This document shows, one piece after another, positions 1 to 11,784 of a stretch of DNA of 64,000 bases. Position numbers and translations under genes: made by a program. The notes under the pieces are model-generated. The model ran no database searches. It was not told the origin of the DNA and saw only the letters and a program-made list of their open reading frames with translations. The stretch's first letter is position 1, and the number at the start of each line of letters is the position of its first letter. The stretch spans positions 2,063,737 to 2,127,736 of the forward strand of contig JADJQR010000001.1 of assembly GCA_016712675.1 (NCBI GenBank). The letters run 5' to 3'. The stretch comes from a bacterium. GTDB taxonomy: Bacteria; Krumholzibacteriota; Krumholzibacteriia; LZORAL124-64-63.

Positions 1-57
1 CAGGCTGAGCGTGCGCCGCGGTGCATTGAGGCTCCCCTCAAGTCAAAGGTTTGTCCC

Positions 58-2960
58 CCATGGACATGGATGATCGCGAACTGCTGGCGGAACTCGTCGT
101 CGAGTCGCAGGATCACCTCACGGCGATGGAACCGGACCTGCTGGCGCTCGAAAAGGGCGCCTCGCCGGACGAGACCATGGAACTCGTCAACCGGATCTTC
201 CGCGGTATCCACAGCATCAAGGGCGGTTGCGGGTTCCTCGGGATCACGTCCGTGCAGGAACTGGCGCACGCGATGGAGAGCGTCCTGATGAAGGTCCGCT
301 CGCGTCGCCTGGAGGTCACCCGGCCGATGGTCGACGTGCTGCTGGACGGCACGGACCGGGTCCGGACGATGCTGGCCGACGTGGCCAACGCCGGGACGGT
401 GGACGCGACGGACGTCTACCGCCGGCTGGACCCGTTCCTGGCGGAAGGCGAAGCGGCGGTGGTCCCGGCCGCAACCGAACCGGTGGCGGCGAGCGACGCG
501 GCACCGACCGGCACGCGCCGCAGCGGCTACATCCCCCTGACTACGCCGAACCGGGCGGACGAGCCCGAGATCGCACCGGCAGTGCCGGATCCGGAGCTGT
601 CGGCCGCCGCCGCGGTGCGCGAGATGCCGGAGCCGGCCGAACCGGCGGACGCGGCGGGAGTGGTCGCGAGCCATCGCGGCGCGGCCCCGGACGTGCTGCG
701 CGTCAAGGTGGACCTGCTCAACCGCCTGATGAACCTGGCCGGCGAACTCGTGCTGGCGCGCAACCAGCTGCTGCAGGCACTGGACCGCCGGTTCAGCGAG
801 ACCGCTGCCGGCGAGGCGGTCTTCGCCGCCACCAGGTCGGCTGTCGCCGAGGCGCAGCAGCGCCTGCGCGAGGTCGTCGACGGCAGCACGGGACGATCGA
901 CGGGTGACGAGGCGAAGGAGCGCTCCGAACAGATCGAGCGCGTGCTGGCGGAACTCGCCAGCCACATCGCCCAGGCCCTGCCCGGCCGCCTGAGCGAGCT
1001 GCCGGGCATGAACGCCACGATGGTCAATCTCGACGCGGTCACGACCAACCTGCAAGAGAACATCATGCGCACGCGCATGCAGTCGATCGAGACCCTTTTC
1101 GGCAAGCTGCCGCGCCAGATCCGCCAGTTGTCACGCCAGACCGGCAAGGAGATCGAGCTGGTGGTGACCGGCAACGAGGTCGAGCTGGACAAGTCGATCG
1201 TCGAGGCGCTTTCGGATCCGCTCAATCACCTGATCCGCAATTCGCTGGACCACGGCTTCGAGGCGCCGCTGGCGCGCGAGGCGGTGGGCAAGCCGCGCTC
1301 CGGGCGCCTGGATGTCAGGGCGTTCCATGAGGGCGGCCAGGTCAACATCGAGATCCAGGACGACGGGCGCGGCATCGATCCCGCCCGGATCCGGGCCAAG
1401 GCGGTCGAGAAGGGCATCATCACGGCGGAGCAGGCCGCGCGGCTGGATGACCGCGAGGCCGTGCTGCTGGTCTTCGCGCCGGGGTTCTCCACCGCCGAGC
1501 GCGTGAGCGACATCTCGGGGCGCGGCGTCGGCATGGACGTGGTGCGGACGAACATCGAGAGCCTCGGCGGCAGCATCGAGATCGACAGTCAGGTCGGCAT
1601 CGGCACCCGGACGCGCCTGAAGCTGCCGCTCACCCTCGCGATCATCCCCTCCCTGCTGGTGCGCGCCTGCGGACGGCGCTTCGCGGTGCCGCAGGTGAGC
1701 CTGGACGAGCTTGTGCGGCTGCGGCGCGGTCGCGACGACCAGCGCATCGAGCAGGTGCAGGGCGCCGAGGTCATGCGCCTGCGCGGTCACCTGCTGCCGC
1801 TGGTGCGCCTCTCCAGCCTGCTGGGCATCGAGGAGGCCGGCGCCACCGAGCGCCAGGCAACCTACGTCGCGGTGCTCAAGACGGGCGAGAACCGCTACGG
1901 GCTGATCGTGGACGAGGTGCTGGACAGCGAGGAGATCGTCGTCAAGCAGCTGCCCGGTTCGCTGAAGGATGCCCGCTGCTACGCCGGCGCCACGATCATG
2001 GGTGACGGCTCGGTGGCGATGATTCTCGACGTGCTGGGCATTGCCGACATCGCCGGCCTCCGGTTCACGGAGATCGCGCGGGCGGCCCAGGCGGACGACA
2101 GCACCGAGAGCTACCTGGACCGCACGGAGAGCCAGACGCTGCTCCTGTTCCGCAACGCGCCGGGCGGGGAGCGCTTCGCGCTGAACCTGGCGCTGATCTC
2201 GCGCATCGAGAAGGTCGCCGCCGGCGACATCCAGCGGGTCGGCAGCAAGGAGTACCTGCGCTTCCAGGGCGGCTCGCTGCGCCTGCTGCGCCTGCACGAC
2301 CACCTGCCGGTGCAGGCGCCGGTCGACGAGGCGGCGGAGCTCTACGTGATCATCCCGAAGCTGGTCAAACATCCGCTCGGGATCATCGCGCGCGAATGCG
2401 AGGACGTCGTCTCGGCGCGCGTGGAAGTGGACCGGGACAACGTGCGCGGCACGGGCATCCTCGGCTCGGGGATGATCAACGGGGACCTGACGGTCTTCCT
2501 GGACATTTACGGCCTCTTCGAGGCGGCCGAACCGGAGATCTACCGCCAGGGGGACCGGCGCGTGGCCCGGGTGGAGCAGGCGCGCATCCTGCTGGCCGAA
2601 GACACGTCGTTCTTCCGCGCGGTCGAGAAGAAGTACATCGAGGCCATGGGTGCCACGGTGACGGCCGTCAAGGATGGCCGCGAGGCCTGGCGCCTTCTGA
2701 GCGAGTCACCCGAGTCGTTCGACATGGTGGTCACCGATATCGAGATGCCGCTGATGGATGGCCTGGAACTGACCCGTCACATCCGCGGATCGGCGCGGCA
2801 TGCGGCGATCCCGGTCGTGGCGCTGACTTCGCTGGGATCGGATGAGAACCGCGAGGCGGGACTGGCGGCGGGCGTCAACGCCTACGAGGTCAAGCTGGAC
2901 AAGGACAGGCTGGCGGCGACCATCCGCCAGGTCCTGGAGGAGGTGCACGCACATGCGTGA
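58..2960 (+). CDS. cheA: CheA-type histidine kinase with fused C-terminal receiver (FrzE/WspE-like CheA-CheY hybrid)
   Basis: N-terminal Hpt motif (RIFRGIHSIKGGCGFLG), Pro/Ala-rich linker, HATPase_c G-boxes (DDGRGID, GRGVGMDVV), CheW-like domain, then a receiver domain (ILLAEDTSFF...FDMVVTDIEMPLMDGLEL). The track ORF starts at 51 (TTG); ATG at 58 with AAAGG 9 nt upstream. Confidence 0.9.
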
Positions 2961-3459
2961 CCAGCAGTACGTCTCGTTCGTCCTGGATCGTCACCTGCTG
3001 GGGATCGACATCCTGCTCGTGCGGGAGATCATCCGCAACGTCGACTTCACGCCCGTGGCCAAGGCGCCCCCGGCCGTGCGGGGGCTGCTCAACCTGCGGG
3101 GCCAGATCATCACCGTGCTGGACCTGGGTCCGGCGCTGGGCCTGCCGCTGCGGGAGATCGGGCCCGACTCGCGCTGCCTGATCCTGAAGTCGCCGGCCGA
3201 GACAGCCCCGCTGCTGGCGGCCGGCCTGGTCGATGAGGAACCGGTCGGCGAAGCGGTCGGGCTGCTGGTGGACGCCATCAGCGACGTCGTTCGCCCCGGC
3301 GAACAGGGCGTCGACGCGCCGCCGGCCAACGCCAACGGCATCGACACCGACCACCTGCGGGGCGTGGTGAGGCTGGAGGATCGGTTGCTGCTGATCCTGG
3401 GCCTGCGGAAGCTGATCGAGGAAGGGCTGGGACAGCGTGGGCAGGTCGCCCGCGTCTGA
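2953..3459 (+). CDS. cheW: CheW coupling protein
   Basis: The 168-aa protein opening MRDQQYVSFVLDRHLLGIDILLVREII is a CheW-like domain. Its ATG at 2953 overlaps the cheA stop by 8 nt. Confidence 0.85.
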   Translation: MRDQQYVSFVLDRHLLGIDILLVREIIRNVDFTPVAKAPPAVRGLLNLRGQIITVLDLGPALGLPLREIGPDSRCLILKSPAETAPLLAAGLVDEEPVGEAVGLLVDAISDVVRPGEQGVDAPPANANGIDTDHLRGVVRLEDRLLLILGLRKLIEEGLGQRGQVARV

Positions 3460-3504
3460 GCGTGGCTCCGCCGGGCACCGGCAAAGCAACGGAGAGGACG
3501 AGTC

Positions 3505-5277
3505 ATGATCCTGTCGAGGTTGTCGATCCGCGCGAAGGTGACGCTCGCGAGCGTGCTGCTGCCCACCGTGCTGTTCACCGTCCTGACGGTCGTCTGGGCG
3601 CGTGACGAGCGCCGCTCGGTGAACGAGCAGTACGTGGACAAGGCGCGCGCGGTGGTCCACGGCGCCGAAGGTGCCCGCGAGTACATGGAGGACAGCTGGC
3701 GCAGCGGCGTGTTCGACACCGCCATGATGCGGCGCTGGAGCGAGACCGGGCAGCTGGAACTCGCGATCAACGCGGTGCCGATCGTGGCCGGCTGGCGCAC
3801 CGCCATGGCCAACGCGGAGGACGGCGACTACGCGTTCAAGGTGCCCAAGTTCTCGCCGCGCAACCCGGACAACGAGCCGGACGAGACCGAGGCGCGCGCC
3901 CTGCGGCTGCTCGAGAAGGAACGCCTGCCGGAGTACTGGGAGATCGACCACGAGACGAACAACCTGCGCTTCTTCCGGCCGATCATCCTGACCGAGAACT
4001 GCCTGCTCTGCCACGGCGACCCGGGCACCAGCCGCCAGTTGTGGGGAACCAGCGACGGCACGGACATCACCGGCGCGCGGATGGAAGGCTGGAAGGTCGG
4101 CGAGGTGCACGGGGCCTTCGAGGTCCTGCAGTCGTTGGACAGCGCGGACGCCGCCTTCCGGGCGGGCCTGACGCGGATGATCGTCCTCGCGGTGGTGGGC
4201 CTGGCGGCGCTGGCCCTCCTGCTCCAGTTCACGCTGCAGCGCATCCTGATCCGGCCCCTGCAGGAGAGCGTCATGTTCGCCGACAAGCTGGCCGCCGGCG
4301 ATCTCGGCACGCGCGTGGCCCATGCCGAACGGCAGGACGAGATCGGGCGGCTCAGCCGTTCGCTCAACGCGATGGCCGAGAGCCTGCGCACGCTGATCTC
4401 CGACATGAAGTCCGGCAGCCGGACGCTCAAGACGTCCAGCGGCAGCCTGGGCACGCAGAGCGACAAGCTGGCCTCCGACTCGGAGTCGATGACCGACGTG
4501 GCCAATACGGTCAGTTCCGCCGGCGAGGAGCTCTCCTCGAGCATCGCGGGCATCGCCAGCAGCGCCGAGGACATGTCGAACATGCTCAATACGGTCGCCG
4601 CGAGCATCGAGGAGATGACAGCCTCGATCACCGAGGTGGCCAAGAACAGCGTGCGCAGCGCCGACATCGCCGACAACGCGAACCGTCAGAGCAAGTCCAC
4701 GGTCGAGATCATGGGGCAACTCAAGGCAGCGAGCGAGAAGATCGGCCGCGTCCTGGAGGTCATCTCCGACATCGCGGACCAGACGAACCTGCTGGCCCTC
4801 AACGCGACGATCGAGGCCGCCAGCGCTGGCGATGCCGGCAAGGGTTTCGCGGTCGTGGCCAACGAGGTGAAGGAACTCGCCCGCCAGACCACTCAGGCGA
4901 CCGAGGAGATCAATCGCGAGATCGACGACATGCGGCAGCGCACGACCGCGGCCGTGACGGCCGTTGAGAACATCAGCCGCGTGATCGGCGAGGTGAACGA
5001 GATCTCGACCTCGATCGCCGGTGCCGTCGAGGAGCAGTCCGCGACGCTGAACGAGATCGCCAAGAGCGGCGGCGTGGCCAACCAGGCGGCGCAGGAGATC
5101 TCGCGCCGGGTGAACGAGGGCGCCAAGGGCACGCAGGAGATCGCGCGGACGATCCAGGCCGTGCGCGAGGGCGTGCACGAGACCGACAAGGGGATCCAGG
5201 CCACGCGGCGCAACGCGGCGGAGCTGGCGGAACTGTCCGATCGCATGGACGAACTTGTGTCGCGCTTCGCCCTCTAG
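3505..5277 (+). CDS. Methyl-accepting chemotaxis protein with haem-c (CXXCH) periplasmic sensor domain
   Basis: TM1 at residues 15-33, a ~170-aa periplasmic domain carrying [11 protein letters not shown] (C166/C169/H170, nt 4000-4014), TM2, HAMP, then the MCP signalling domain ([31 protein letters not shown]). The sensor resembles Tll0287/DUF3365-type haem-c PAS-like sensors. Confidence 0.85.
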   Translation: MILSRLSIRAKVTLASVLLPTVLFTVLTVVWARDERRSVNEQYVDKARAVVHGAEGAREYMEDSWRSGVFDTAMMRRWSETGQLELAINAVPIVAGWRTAMANAEDGDYAFKVPKFSPRNPDNEPDETEARALRLLEKERLPEYWEIDHETNNLRFFRPIILTENCLLCHGDPGTSRQLWGTSDGTDITGARMEGWKVGEVHGAFEVLQSLDSADAAFRAGLTRMIVLAVVGLAALALLLQFTLQRILIRPLQESVMFADKLAAGDLGTRVAHAERQDEIGRLSRSLNAMAESLRTLISDMKSGSRTLKTSSGSLGTQSDKLASDSESMTDVANTVSSAGEELSSSIAGIASSAEDMSNMLNTVAASIEEMTASITEVAKNSVRSADIADNANRQSKSTVEIMGQLKAASEKIGRVLEVISDIADQTNLLALNATIEAASAGDAGKGFAVVANEVKELARQTTQATEEINREIDDMRQRTTAAVTAVENISRVIGEVNEISTSIAGAVEEQSATLNEIAKSGGVANQAAQEISRRVNEGAKGTQEIARTIQAVREGVHETDKGIQATRRNAAELAELSDRMDELVSRFAL

Positions 5278-5304
5278 GGCGGACGCGGGGGAAGGGACAC
5301 CCGG

Positions 5305-6393
5305 ATGGGACTGCGGGCACTGGTGATCGAGGACAGCCTCGTCTTCCAGAAGATCATGGCCGAGGTGCTGCGGGGGCTGCCCGGCGTCGAGACCGTCGAC
5401 GTGGCCGGGCGGGGCGACGACGGCCTGGCGGCAGCGGGCCGTCACCAGCCGGACGTGGTCTTCCTCGACCTGCACCTGCCTGACATGGACGGGCTGGACG
5501 TCCTGGATCGGCTCAAGGCGCGGTGGCCCCGCCTGAAGGTGGTCGTCGTCAGCGGCCTGAGCATCGAGGGCGCCGACCTGACCATTGCCGCGCTGTCGCG
5601 CGGCGCCCAGCAATTCGTGCGCAAGCCGGCCGGGAGCGGGTTCCAGCAGTCGGTGGCCATGCTGAGGGCGGAGCTCGAGCCGGTGGTGGGCACCGTGCGG
5701 GCGCAGCTGGCCCCGGCGCCGGTCCCGCCGCGTCCCGTCGTCCCGTCGCCGGCCTCGTCGCCGCGGGCGAACGCCGCCGGCAGGCCCCACGGGGCGGGGT
5801 TCTGGGTGACGGCGATCGCCGTCTCGACCGGTGGTCCGGAAGCCCTGTCGCGCCTGGTGCCGCGGCTGCCGGCCGGCTATCCGATGCCGGTGGTCATCGT
5901 GCAGCACATGCCACCGCTGTTCACGCTATCGCTGGCGCGCAGTCTCGATGCCAAGTCGGCGTTGACGGTCGTCGAAGCCGCCGATGGCGATGTCCTGAAG
6001 CCCGGCACCGTGTACCTGGCCCCGGGCGGGCGGCACCTGACGGTCGTGCGCGAAGGCGCGCAGTCCGTCTGCCGCCTGAACGACGACCCGCCCGAGCAGA
6101 GCGTGCGGCCAGCGGCCGACGTGCTGTTCCGCTCGCTGGCGCGCATCGGCGGGACGCAGCGCGTGCTGGCGGTCGTGATGACGGGCATGGGCGAGGACGG
6201 GCTGGCCGGCGTGCGCCAGTTGAAGGCGGCCGGTGGGTGGTGCCTGACGCAAGCGGAAACGACGTGCGTCGTGTACGGGATGCCGCGGGCGATCGACACC
6301 GCCGGCCTGAACGACGAGTCGGTGGCGCTGGACGACCTGGCCGGGAGGCTGGCGAGCCTGGCGAACTGCGGGCGGGCCCCGGCCGGTGTCTGA
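5305..6393 (+). CDS. cheB: CheB protein-glutamate methylesterase with N-terminal receiver
   Basis: Receiver domain (LVIEDSLVF...DVVFLDLHLPDMDGL) followed by the CheB methylesterase domain (AIAVSTGGPEAL...VIVQHMP...GGRHL). Confidence 0.9.
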   Translation: MGLRALVIEDSLVFQKIMAEVLRGLPGVETVDVAGRGDDGLAAAGRHQPDVVFLDLHLPDMDGLDVLDRLKARWPRLKVVVVSGLSIEGADLTIAALSRGAQQFVRKPAGSGFQQSVAMLRAELEPVVGTVRAQLAPAPVPPRPVVPSPASSPRANAAGRPHGAGFWVTAIAVSTGGPEALSRLVPRLPAGYPMPVVIVQHMPPLFTLSLARSLDAKSALTVVEAADGDVLKPGTVYLAPGGRHLTVVREGAQSVCRLNDDPPEQSVRPAADVLFRSLARIGGTQRVLAVVMTGMGEDGLAGVRQLKAAGGWCLTQAETTCVVYGMPRAIDTAGLNDESVALDDLAGRLASLANCGRAPAGV

Positions 6394-6453
6394 GCCCGGG
6401 CGGCGGGACCGGCGGATTGACGGGCAGGGGCGGGTGCGGGAACCTGGAGGACC

Positions 6454-7494
6454 ATGGCAACGACGATCACCACGCGCGAGTTCGACCGGATCCGGGAGTT
6501 CCTGCAGCGCGAGACCTCCATCAGCCTGACCGACGACAAGGCCTACCTCGTCGAGACGCGCCTCTCGGAGATCATGAAGGCGCACGGGCTGCCCGATTTC
6601 GGGGCGCTGCTGTCGGCGCTCCAGGCCGGCCAGCCGCGCGGCCTGCGGGACCTGGTCATCGACGCGATGACCACCAACGAGACGCTCTGGTTCCGTGACG
6701 GCGCCCCGTTCGACGCCTTCCGGGAGCACCTGCTGCCGGCCTGGGCCGGCGAGATCGCGGCCGGCAAGCGGCAGAAGATCCGCATCTGGTCGGCGGCCTG
6801 CTCGACCGGGCAGGAGCCGTACTCGCTGGCGATGGTCTACCATGAGGTCGCGCGCCGCCTGCCCGCGCTCCGGCCGGAGCACCTGGACATCCTGGCGACC
6901 GACCTGTCCGACTCGGTCCTGGCGACCGCCAAGGCGGGCATCTACGGCGGCATGGCGATCCAGCGCGGCCTGCCCGCCGAGTACCTCGACCGCTGGTTCG
7001 TGCCGGCGGGGGACGGTCGTCACGAGGTGCGGCGCGAGATCCGGGACCGCGTGGTCTTCCGCAAGTTCAACCTGCGCGACTCGTTCATCATGATGGGGTC
7101 GTTCGACATCATCCTGACGCGCTACGTGCTCATCTATTTCCAGGATGACTTCAAGCGCGAGGTGCTGCGCAAGGCGCACGGGGCGCTGGACAAGGGCGGG
7201 GTGCTGTTCCTGGGCGCGAGCGAGAGCCTCCCGGACGGGATGCCGGGCTTCGCCGTGGTCCGCCGCGGCCGCACGACGTGGTACCAGAAGGCGGGCAACC
7301 CGACCGCCGCGCCGTCGGCGGCGGCGGCCCCGGGGGTAGCCGCACCTCGACCAGCGTCCAGACCAGTCACCTCGCCGCCGGCCGGCTCGGCGCCGCCAGC
7401 ATCGCCGGCGAATGCGGCGGGAGCCACCGCGGCGGCCGACCTCAATGAAGTGCTCCAGAAGCTTCGCGATCTTAACGCAAAATACGACAAATAG
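6454..7494 (+). CDS. cheR: CheR chemotaxis methyltransferase with a Pro/Ala-rich C-terminal tail
   Basis: CheR N-domain (REFDRIREFLQRETSISLTDDKAYLVETRL) and SAM-MTase domain (IWSAACSTGQEPYSLAM). The last ~70 aa are low complexity (PTAAPSAAAAPGVAAP...) and end in a short helix. Confidence 0.9.
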   Translation: MATTITTREFDRIREFLQRETSISLTDDKAYLVETRLSEIMKAHGLPDFGALLSALQAGQPRGLRDLVIDAMTTNETLWFRDGAPFDAFREHLLPAWAGEIAAGKRQKIRIWSAACSTGQEPYSLAMVYHEVARRLPALRPEHLDILATDLSDSVLATAKAGIYGGMAIQRGLPAEYLDRWFVPAGDGRHEVRREIRDRVVFRKFNLRDSFIMMGSFDIILTRYVLIYFQDDFKREVLRKAHGALDKGGVLFLGASESLPDGMPGFAVVRRGRTTWYQKAGNPTAAPSAAAAPGVAAPRPASRPVTSPPAGSAPPASPANAAGATAAADLNEVLQKLRDLNAKYDK

Positions 7495-7623
7495 TTAATT
7501 AGGCCGTGGCCGACGTCCGACGCCGGCCGCGGCCGCCCGCAGAGCCCGCAGCGATCCCTGACTGCCAAAATGGCAGGCTCCCCCGTCTAATTCATTTTTC
7601 GCCGCGCGCGCTTGCGGCACCCC

Positions 7624-7651
7624 TTGCCGTCGCTGGACGCTCCGGTATATT
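7624..7651 (+). promoter_or_regulatory. sigma70-like promoter for groES-groEL (TTGCCG-N16-TATATT)
   Basis: -35 TTGCCG at 7624-7629 and -10 TATATT at 7646-7651, immediately upstream of the CIRCE-like element. Confidence 0.5.
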
Positions 7652-7659
7652 GCCCGCAC

Positions 7660-7686
7660 TTAGCACTCGCAGGGCGAGACTGCCAA
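7660..7686 (+). promoter_or_regulatory. CIRCE-like HrcA operator (TTAGCACTC-N9-GACTGCCAA)
   Basis: Left arm matches the CIRCE consensus 9/9 and the right arm 7/9 (consensus TTAGCACTC-N9-GAGTGCTAA). It lies ~65 nt upstream of the groES start. Confidence 0.6.
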
Positions 7687-7751
7687 AGTGGGCATGAGCC
7701 CCCTCAGGGCGGTCTCGGACCGGACCAGACCATCGCAGGGAGGAACCGAGC

Positions 7752-8042
7752 ATGGCCATGAACATCAAGCCGCTGGCCGACCGCGTCATCGTCAAGCCGA
7801 TGGAGAAGGAAACGATGAAGGGCGGCATCATCATCCCGGACACCGTCAAGGAAAAGCCCATGCAGGGCACGATCGTCGCGGTCGGCCCCGGCCAGATCAG
7901 CGACAGCGGCGAGCGCGTCGCCCCCGAGGTCAAGAAGGGCGACGTGGTGCTGTACGGGAAGTACTCCGGGACCGAGGTCAATGTCGACGGCGTCGACTAC
8001 CTGATCCTGCGCGAGAGCGACGTGCTGGCCATCCTGGGCTAG
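7752..8042 (+). CDS. groES: co-chaperonin GroES
   Basis: The 96-aa protein [16 protein letters not shown]...GGIIIPDT...GKYSGTEV is canonical Cpn10. Confidence 0.95.
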   Translation: MAMNIKPLADRVIVKPMEKETMKGGIIIPDTVKEKPMQGTIVAVGPGQISDSGERVAPEVKKGDVVLYGKYSGTEVNVDGVDYLILRESDVLAILG

Positions 8043-8117
8043 CGCTGAACCGGTTCACAACCATGTGCCGGGGCGGATGAGCCGCCGACCGGTCGCAGAG
8101 CACAAGGAGAGTCAAGC

Positions 8118-9758
<1,641 letters not shown>

Positions 9759-9783
9759 TCCTGCGCCGGACCCCGCGTCCCCG

Positions 9784-9815
9784 AGGCCCCTGCCGGTGCG
9801 AACCGGCAGGGGCCT
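9784..9815 (+). terminator. rho-independent-type hairpin after groEL
   Basis: Perfect 13-bp inverted repeat AGGCCCCTGCCGG-tgcgaa-CCGGCAGGGGCCT, followed by a cttttg stretch. Confidence 0.6.
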
Positions 9816-9871
9816 TCGCGTGCGGCGGGACCGCTTTTGACGTCAGGGTCGCCGGGGGCTACACTGCGCGC

Positions 9872-11017
9872 ATGCACGTGCTCCACCTCGGCAAGTACTA
9901 CGCGCCGTACCGCGGCGGCATGGAGACCATCCTGCAGGAGATGGCCGAGGGCCTGCTCGACGAGGGCTGCGACGTCACGCTGGTCACTTCGGCGACCGGT
10001 GTCCACGCGCTCACCGAGACGATCCGCGGCCCGCACACGGGGCGCGGCGGTCGGCTGTTGCGCGTCGCGCGCCTGGGTCTCGTCAATTCGCAGCCTGTCA
10101 ACCCGGGTCTGGTGTCGGCACTGCGCCGGGAACTGGCTCGGGGCGGCGCGGACCTGCTCCACCTGCACCTGCCCAACCCGCTGGCGGCCGCCGCGTGCCT
10201 GGCGCTGCGGCGGGATCCGTCCGCGCGGCGCGTGCCGCTGGCTGTGTGGTACCACGCGGACATCACGCGGCAGCGCCTGGGGGCGCGGATGGTCACGCCG
10301 ATCGTGCGCGCCTGCCTGCGCGAGGCGGCCGGCATCTGCGTCTCGTCCGCGGCGTTGCGGGACCACTCGCCGGTGCTGGCGCCCTTCCGCGCGAAGGTGA
10401 CGGTCGTGCCGTTCGGCATCGCGCCGGCGCCGTGGCGCAGCGTGGAGCCCCGACCTGACGGCCCGTTCGTCTTCGTGGGCCGACTGGTGGGCTACAAGGG
10501 CGTCGACGTGCTGCTGCAGGCGCTGGCCGACGTGCCGGGCGCGCAGCTGGAGATCGTCGGTGACGGGCCGCTGGCGCCGGGCCTGCGCGACGAAGCGGTG
10601 CGCCTGGGGCTGGGCGGGCGCGTGGCGTTCCTGGGCGAGATGGACGGCGCTGGCATCGCGGGCCGCCTGGCGCGGGCGCGGGCGCTGGTCCTGCCGAGCG
10701 TCGACCGCAGCGAGGCGTTCGGGCTGGTGCAACTGGAGGCGATGGCCGCCGGCGTGGCGGTGATCTGCACCGACCTGCCGACGGGTGTGGCCGAGGTCGG
10801 CGTGCCGCATCGAACCTGCCTGCGCGTGCCGCCCGGCGATCCCGCCGCCCTCGGCGGCGCGCTGGCCACGCTGCTGGCCGACGGGGAGCTGGCCGGTCGC
10901 CTGGGCCGGGCAGGGCGGGCGCGCTACGACGAACTGTTCACGCGGGAGGCCATGGTGGGCCGACTCCTGGACTGGTACGGCACCGTGGCGGCGTCCGCCG
11001 CCGACCGGAGGGACTGA
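9872..11017 (+). CDS. glycosyltransferase family 1 (GT4-type)
   Basis: GT1 C-terminal domain signatures (FVGRLVGYKGVD, EAFGLVQLEAMAAGVAVI). Its stop overlaps the next start (TGATG). Confidence 0.8.
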   Translation: MHVLHLGKYYAPYRGGMETILQEMAEGLLDEGCDVTLVTSATGVHALTETIRGPHTGRGGRLLRVARLGLVNSQPVNPGLVSALRRELARGGADLLHLHLPNPLAAAACLALRRDPSARRVPLAVWYHADITRQRLGARMVTPIVRACLREAAGICVSSAALRDHSPVLAPFRAKVTVVPFGIAPAPWRSVEPRPDGPFVFVGRLVGYKGVDVLLQALADVPGAQLEIVGDGPLAPGLRDEAVRLGLGGRVAFLGEMDGAGIAGRLARARALVLPSVDRSEAFGLVQLEAMAAGVAVICTDLPTGVAEVGVPHRTCLRVPPGDPAALGGALATLLADGELAGRLGRAGRARYDELFTREAMVGRLLDWYGTVAASAADRRD

Positions 11018-11784
11018 TGGGTTTCGCGTTCATCGAGCCCTGGCACCTGTTCCTGCCCCGGCAGGCGGGCCATGTCGTGGCCATCTGCGGGTCCGGCGGC
11101 AAGACCTCGCTCCTGGGCGAGATTGCGCGCGTGTGGGCCGGCGACGGTCTGCCGGTGGTGGCGACCACGACCACGCGCACGGGCCCGGTGCCCGGCTTCT
11201 TCGGTGCGGGCCCCGGCGACGATGGCGACCGGCCGGTCGCCGGCAACCTGCCGTTCCGGCATGCGGGGACGCGACCGGACGGCAAGTGGCAGGGCCTGAC
11301 GGCGGCGGACGCCGACGCGCTGGAGGGCCTGGTGGTGGTGGAGGTGGACGGCGCCGCCGGGCTTCCCTTCAAGTACTATCGCGCGGGCGAGCCCGTGTGG
11401 CCGTCGCGCACCTCGCTGGCGATGGTGGTCATGGGTGTCGGGGGCGTGGGCGAGCCGGCTGGCAGCGTGGTGCACCGCCTCGGACGGTCCGGGGTGATCG
11501 ACCCGGTCGGGGTCGGTCCCGGCGACATCTGGCAATGGGACCACGCCCACGCCCTGCTGACGGCTCCCGGCGGCTACCTGGCACAGGTGCCGGCCGACGT
11601 GCCCGTCGTGCTGGTGCTGGCGGGACTCGAGCAGCAGCCGGACAGTGTCGGCCTGTTCGAATTCACCGGGCGCGCGATGGATCACCCGCGCGTGCCGCTG
11701 GTCGTGTTCTGCAGCCGCGGCGAGGAGGGCCTGGTCCTGCGGGCAGCCTGCCGGGAGGAATCCGGCGATGATGACGACGGCTGA
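11017..11784 (+). CDS. yqeC: selenium-dependent hydroxylase accessory protein, YqeC family
   Basis: HVVAICGSGGKTSLLGEIA...VVATTTTRTGP matches the YqeC (TIGR03172-type) P-loop protein. Confidence 0.7.
   Translation: MGFAFIEPWHLFLPRQAGHVVAICGSGGKTSLLGEIARVWAGDGLPVVATTTTRTGPVPGFFGAGPGDDGDRPVAGNLPFRHAGTRPDGKWQGLTAADADALEGLVVVEVDGAAGLPFKYYRAGEPVWPSRTSLAMVVMGVGGVGEPAGSVVHRLGRSGVIDPVGVGPGDIWQWDHAHALLTAPGGYLAQVPADVPVVLVLAGLEQQPDSVGLFEFTGRAMDHPRVPLVVFCSRGEEGLVLRAACREESGDDDDG

Noticed and set aside
227-907. Many 60-400-aa alternative-frame ORFs (for example 227..907 +, 1131..2372 -, 8112..9296 -, 29478..31304 -)
   Set aside because: They overlap strongly supported genes in other frames and have GC-driven R/G/A/P-rich compositions. 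I treat them as six-frame artefacts.
2890-5907. 1005-aa - strand ORF across cheW, mcp and cheB
   Set aside because: Antisense to three genes with clear domain signatures; Arg/Gly/Ala/Pro-rich translation with no motifs.
7571-7590. Possible sigma54 promoter (TGGCAG...) after cheR
   Set aside because: A -24-like TGGCA is present but there is no -12 TTGC element at the correct spacing. I interpret the site as part of the CTGCCA-aaa-TGGCAG palindrome instead.
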